64,000 nucleotides of DNA, from assembly GCA_902796805.1 (NCBI GenBank), contig CADBQG010000007.1, forward strand, positions 61,256-125,255, in the 5' to 3' direction. Each line of letters begins with the position of its first letter. Position 1 is the stretch's first letter. The notes under the pieces are model-generated. The model was given only the letters and a program-made list of their open reading frames with translations, did no database searches and was not told the origin of the DNA. The stretch is from an uncultured Bacteroidota bacterium. GTDB taxonomy: Bacteria; Bacteroidota; Bacteroidia; Bacteroidales; WCHB1-69. Below are positions 60,001 to 64,000 of this stretch, piece after piece. Position numbers and translations under genes: made by a program.

Positions 60001-61419
60001 ATGCTGTTCAATTCGATAGAATTTGCCATTTTCCTACCCATAGTCTTCCTGCTATACTGGCTTGTTTTTCAAAAGAGCCTGTTTAGACAGAACCTCTTCA
60101 TCGTATCGGTTTCATACCTGTTTTACGGCTGGTGGGATTGGAGGTTCCTGATACTCATCGCTTTCACCTCGCTATGCAGTTGGGGCAGCGGAATCCTTAT
60201 CGACTACTTTCGTCATCGTCCTCTGGCAAAAGTTGTGCACATATCCAATATCGTCTTAAATCTGACTATTCTCTGCGTTTTCAAATACTACGACTTTTTC
60301 GTGACTTCTTTCGCAAACCTATTCTTGAACGGCCGTACTTATGGTTTGTTGCTGAACGTCATACTGCCGGTAGGCATCAGTTTCTACACTTTCCAGGCGT
60401 TGAGTTACAGTATAGATGTTTATCGCGAGAAATTGGAACCCACCCGCGACATAGTGCAGTTTTTCGCATTCGTGAGTTTCTTCCCGCAGCTGGTGGCCGG
60501 GCCCATAGAGCGGGCGACCAACCTTTTGCCGCAGTTTGCCATGCCGCGCACGTTCAACTACAACCAGTCCGTGGATGGAATGAGACAAATCCTCTGGGGA
60601 CTCTTCAAGAAAATCGCCGTGGCCGACAACTGTGCCGCATACGTTGACTACGTATATGGGTCGTATGCTTCTCAAAGTGGCACTACTTTGACAATCGCTG
60701 CTGTGCTGTTTGCCTTTCAAATCTACGGCGACTTCTCGGGTTACTCCGATATCGCCATCGGCACTGCCAAACTGTTCGGCATCAAGTTGGTGAGAAACTT
60801 CAACAATCCCTATTTCAGTCGCGACATCGCGGAATTTTGGCGGCGGTGGCACATTTCGCTCACAACATGGTTTCGCGATTACGTCTATATTCCGTTGGGA
60901 GGAAGCCGAGTGGCAAAGGCGAAAGTGGTGCGAAACACCTTCGTCATATTTCTCCTGAGCGGCTTCTGGCACGGCGCGAACTGGACGTTTCTTGCCTGGG
61001 GCGCTTTTCACGCATTGCTATTCATGCCGCTCATTCTGTCGGGCCGCAATCGCAAATACACTAACGGTATTGCCGAAGGCCGGGCTTTGCCTACCTGGTC
61101 TGAGTTGATGCGTATGTTGCTGACTTTCACTCTGGTTGCCATCGGCTGGATTCTCTTTCGCGCCGACTCCATCGGGCAGGCGTGGCACTATCTCACGTTG
61201 TTGCCTCAGGGAGGCACTGCCTATACCAAAGGACTTGCCGGTTGTTTAGTCTATGTGATTCTTATGCTCGTTATGGAATGGCTGCATCGTACTGAGAACC
61301 ATGGTCTCGACTTGCATATTCGTTCTGCGGCATTGCGCTATATTATCTATTATGGTTTGATAATCGTCATGTTCTTTGCTTATTCCAATTCCGAGACTTT
61401 CATCTATTTCCAATTCTGA
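60001..61419 (+). CDS. MBOAT family O-acyltransferase (AlgI/DltB-like)
   Basis: MLFNSIEFAIFLPIVFLLYW N-terminus and the MBOAT His motif region FWRRWHISLTTWFRDYVYIPLGG. Confidence 0.9.
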   Translation: MLFNSIEFAIFLPIVFLLYWLVFQKSLFRQNLFIVSVSYLFYGWWDWRFLILIAFTSLCSWGSGILIDYFRHRPLAKVVHISNIVLNLTILCVFKYYDFFVTSFANLFLNGRTYGLLLNVILPVGISFYTFQALSYSIDVYREKLEPTRDIVQFFAFVSFFPQLVAGPIERATNLLPQFAMPRTFNYNQSVDGMRQILWGLFKKIAVADNCAAYVDYVYGSYASQSGTTLTIAAVLFAFQIYGDFSGYSDIAIGTAKLFGIKLVRNFNNPYFSRDIAEFWRRWHISLTTWFRDYVYIPLGGSRVAKAKVVRNTFVIFLLSGFWHGANWTFLAWGAFHALLFMPLILSGRNRKYTNGIAEGRALPTWSELMRMLLTFTLVAIGWILFRADSIGQAWHYLTLLPQGGTAYTKGLAGCLVYVILMLVMEWLHRTENHGLDLHIRSAALRYIIYYGLIIVMFFAYSNSETFIYFQF

Positions 61420-61420
61420 C

Positions 61421-62353
61421 ATGAAAAAATTCCTGAAAAAAACGTTGCTGTTCGCCTTCATACTGCTGATTATGGCAGTTACGTTCGATATATTGCTGGT
61501 TGCCAAGACTTTTCAATTTCGGAGCAACCCTTTTGCCACTTGGAACGACATATACAAGAAGAACATTGACGCCGATGTTCTTGTGATGGGCAGCTCACGT
61601 GCGTTCGTGCAGTTCAATCCTGCCGTGATTGACTCAGTCCTTCGCACCAGCAGCTATAATTTAGGCATGAACGGACGTTCCGCCGATTCACAGATTTTGA
61701 AATACAAGGTGTTTGAGCATTGTGGTAACCATAAGCCAAAACTCATTCTCTATGAGGTGAGTCACAACACGATGCGCAAAAGCAACGGATACGAGCGTGA
61801 ACAGTTTGTGCCATACCTCCACGACCAGTACCTATGGCGGCTTTGTCATGAGCAGGAAGGATTCACCGTAGCCGATTGCTTGCTTCCATGCTGGCGTTTC
61901 TTAGGTCAACAGTCGCTCATGAACAAAATACTCTTCCAAAAGGTTAAAAGCGAATATGACTTGCCACTTTACAAAGGTTTCCGAAGCCATGACTGGAAAT
62001 GGAACGGTTCAGAACTTGAAAAACAGGATCATGTCGAATATCACCACGACACGGCTGTCATTCGCCAGTTCCGCGAGTTCCTTGAAGAATGCCGCCAGGA
62101 TAGCATATCGGTTGTGATGGTTACCTCGCCGTTCTATATCGGCGGAACCCGCAAGATGTTGGACAGCGATGGAATGCACACAATGTTCGAACAAATTGCC
62201 GAAGATTTCAATATCCCGTACCTCGACTACACTTACGACACGTTGAGTTACGACACTGCTTACTTCTACAACACCATGCACCTCAACAGCACAGGCGCAA
62301 ACCTCTTCTCTCAGAAATTGGCACGGGATATTGATTCAATATTAAGGAATTAA
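61421..62353 (+). CDS. Membrane-anchored SGNH/AlgX-J-like partner of the MBOAT acyltransferase (hypothetical)
   Basis: Starts 1 nt after the MBOAT stop. N-terminal TM anchor, VLVMGSSRA (block I-like) and a C-terminal ...MHLNSTGA (D/H block-like). Confidence 0.5.
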   Translation: MKKFLKKTLLFAFILLIMAVTFDILLVAKTFQFRSNPFATWNDIYKKNIDADVLVMGSSRAFVQFNPAVIDSVLRTSSYNLGMNGRSADSQILKYKVFEHCGNHKPKLILYEVSHNTMRKSNGYEREQFVPYLHDQYLWRLCHEQEGFTVADCLLPCWRFLGQQSLMNKILFQKVKSEYDLPLYKGFRSHDWKWNGSELEKQDHVEYHHDTAVIRQFREFLEECRQDSISVVMVTSPFYIGGTRKMLDSDGMHTMFEQIAEDFNIPYLDYTYDTLSYDTAYFYNTMHLNSTGANLFSQKLARDIDSILRN

Positions 62354-62384
62354 GGAGGGTGATGCCAACCCTAATTCCAGATCC

Positions 62385-64000
62385 CTAATTAGTCTCCCCG
62401 TCTCCGAAGTTGTACTTGAACTGGTCCTCCATTGACGCCAGACGTTTCAGGCTGTGGCGCGAAAGCACGAGGAACAGGATGACCGCCACGGCTATGAGCA
62501 CAATCACCCACTTGGTGAACTTGAAGAATGTGACCAGGACGGAGAACACGAAATAGAAGACAATCAGGAACCTCACGAGCGTCCACACTATCACCACCAA
62601 CGTGTTGGCCTTGTTCTCCTCCATCAGAGTTTTGTAGAGTTCGTGCACTTTGGGGCTGTTGCGCACGATGCCGAACAGGAACGGCGAGACGATCAGCAGC
62701 GATCCAGCCGCACAAATAGTGTTGAACAGCCATTCCGGAATGTTATCCACGTAGGGTATCTCCTTGATGAACGGAATCAGGAACTCGGTAATGATAAGCA
62801 GGATGGCAAGCGTGAGAATGGAATAGATGAGTATGCTCACGATGTTGCTCTTGATTATGCTGCTCCAGTTGCGCTTGCCTTCGCCGGAAGAACTGAAAAG
62901 TGCGTACTCGTCGAGTCTGCTTTTCGCTTTCGGGGAGAGTTTACGTTCCAAGAAACCATAGGCAGGTGTGGCGAGCTTAATCCAGTAAGGAGTTGTGAAT
63001 GTTGTGATTACCGACGAGGCTATGATCACGGGGTATATGTACGACGGCATCACGTGCTGCGCCACCGCCACCGAAGCGATGATGAACGCGAACTCGCCGA
63101 TCTGCGACAGCGTGAAGCCCGTCTTCACAGAATCCTCCAAGTTCGCGCCTGCAACAACAGCCGAAAGCGTTGACACCAATGCCTTCACAATCAGAGTGAT
63201 AAGAACTAATGCAAGAATCAGTTTCCAGTATTGCACAAGTACCTGAGGATCGATCATCATGCCTACAGAGACGAAGAAGATGGCCGAAAAGAGGTTCTTG
63301 ATGCTCTCTGTGAGATGCTCGATACGCAAGCTTTCGTCGGTTTCAGCCAGGATGGAGCCTATGACGAATGCACCCAAAGCAGAGGAGAAACCCACGCTGT
63401 TTGCTATAATCACCATGCCGAAGCAGAGACCGATGGAGATGATGAGAAGATTCTCGTCGTTGATGTATTTCTTGAATTTACGTAAGAGTGTAGGTATCAG
63501 ATAGATGCCTACCACGAACCACAGAACGAGGAAGAATACGAGCTTCACTATGCTGAGCAGCATTTCCCTGCCGGGCATGGAGTTCTTGCTGGCAGCCACC
63601 GTCGAGATGAGCACCATCATCACAACAGCCACAATGTCCTGTATTATCAGCACCACCATGGTTAGATCCACAAACGACTGCCCTTTCACGTTCAGGTCGT
63701 CGAAGGCCTTGATGATGATGGCCGTTGACGACATGGCGAGCATACCGCCGAGGAAGATGCTCTCCATAGTGCCCCAGCCCATGACGAGGCCGAGCAGCGC
63801 GCCGACGCCAATCATTCCTATAATTCCGAGGAACGCCGTGATGAAAGCCTTGCTCCCCACCGACATCAGTTTCTTGAAGCTGAATTCAAGTCCGAGGCCG
63901 AACATCATGAAGATGATACCGATTTCAGACCAGACTTCCACGTCCGCCACGTCGGTCACCGTGGGGAAAATGTGCAAATGCGGCCCCACAAGGAAACCCG
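62385..64000 (-). CDS. Cation:proton antiporter (CPA2/Kef-type), 5' end outside the window
   Basis: Multi-TM Na_H_Exchanger-like sequence. The reading frame stays open to the window edge (..GFLVGPH..). Confidence 0.8.
   Translation of the reverse strand, partial: GFLVGPHLHIFPTVTDVADVEVWSEIGIIFMMFGLGLEFSFKKLMSVGSKAFITAFLGIIGMIGVGALLGLVMGWGTMESIFLGGMLAMSSTAIIIKAFDDLNVKGQSFVDLTMVVLIIQDIVAVVMMVLISTVAASKNSMPGREMLLSIVKLVFFLVLWFVVGIYLIPTLLRKFKKYINDENLLIISIGLCFGMVIIANSVGFSSALGAFVIGSILAETDESLRIEHLTESIKNLFSAIFFVSVGMMIDPQVLVQYWKLILALVLITLIVKALVSTLSAVVAGANLEDSVKTGFTLSQIGEFAFIIASVAVAQHVMPSYIYPVIIASSVITTFTTPYWIKLATPAYGFLERKLSPKAKSRLDEYALFSSSGEGKRNWSSIIKSNIVSILIYSILTLAILLIITEFLIPFIKEIPYVDNIPEWLFNTICAAGSLLIVSPFLFGIVRNSPKVHELYKTLMEENKANTLVVIVWTLVRFLIVFYFVFSVLVTFFKFTKWVIVLIAVAVILFLVLSRHSLKRLASMEDQFKYNFGDGETN

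Noticed and set aside
60132-60647. 171-aa alternative-frame ORF, plus the 230-aa antisense ORF at 60319-61011, inside the MBOAT gene
   Set aside because: The MBOAT frame has the diagnostic histidine motif and a multi-TM profile. The alternative frames are Arg/Pro-rich.

Overview
This 64-kb window looks like a chromosomal segment from a Bacteroidota (Bacteroidales-like) genome that has a type IX secretion system (T9SS). Three things support that placement: TAnnTTTG -7 promoter boxes recur 15-60 nt upstream of many start codons, most genes lack a Shine-Dalgarno sequence, and the window carries T9SS type-A and type-B C-terminal sorting domains plus TonB-dependent receptor/DUF4249 and PCMD/FISUMP families.

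Ordinary content:
- DUF975 and GH20 hexosaminidase genes, followed by a large T9SS type-B cargo protein.
- The distal part of the spc/alpha ribosomal cluster (rpmD-rplO-secY-map-infA-rpmJ-rpsM-rpsK-rpsD-rpoA-rplQ).
- A TonB-dependent receptor/DUF4249/CotH group, and an RNase H1-like gene.
- Four tRNAs: Glu, plus a Thr-Tyr-Gly cluster.
- acpP-fabF-rnc.
- GH2 beta-mannosidase, glycosyltransferases and a flippase.
- A 1957-aa thioester alpha-2-macroglobulin.
- uvrC, rseP and hsp20.
- An MBOAT pair and a partial cation:proton antiporter.

I saw no rRNA, CRISPR array, transposase or integrase.

Most interesting observations:
1. A complete cobalamin riboswitch drives a stand-alone two-gene unit: a beta-propeller lipoprotein and a T9SS-exported protein with a transcobalamin-beta-like motif. 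No btuB or btuFCD accompanies it.
2. A compact operon encodes an ammonia-lyase, a ketoreductase, a ketosynthase and an O-methyltransferase.
3. A Crp/Fnr regulator begins with what looks like the N-terminus of hybrid-cluster protein Hcp, suggesting a deletion fusion.
4. A textbook sigma-54 promoter and an unusually strong SD precede hsp20.
5. A 428-bp element bounded by inverted repeats, with nested long hairpins, sits where the spc operon is broken upstream of rpmD.
6. A 23-nt palindromic motif recurs three times, and period-7 degenerate repeat arrays fill several intergenic spacers, some directly 5' of start codons.

Functional calls come from reading the translated ORFs by eye; no database search was run.
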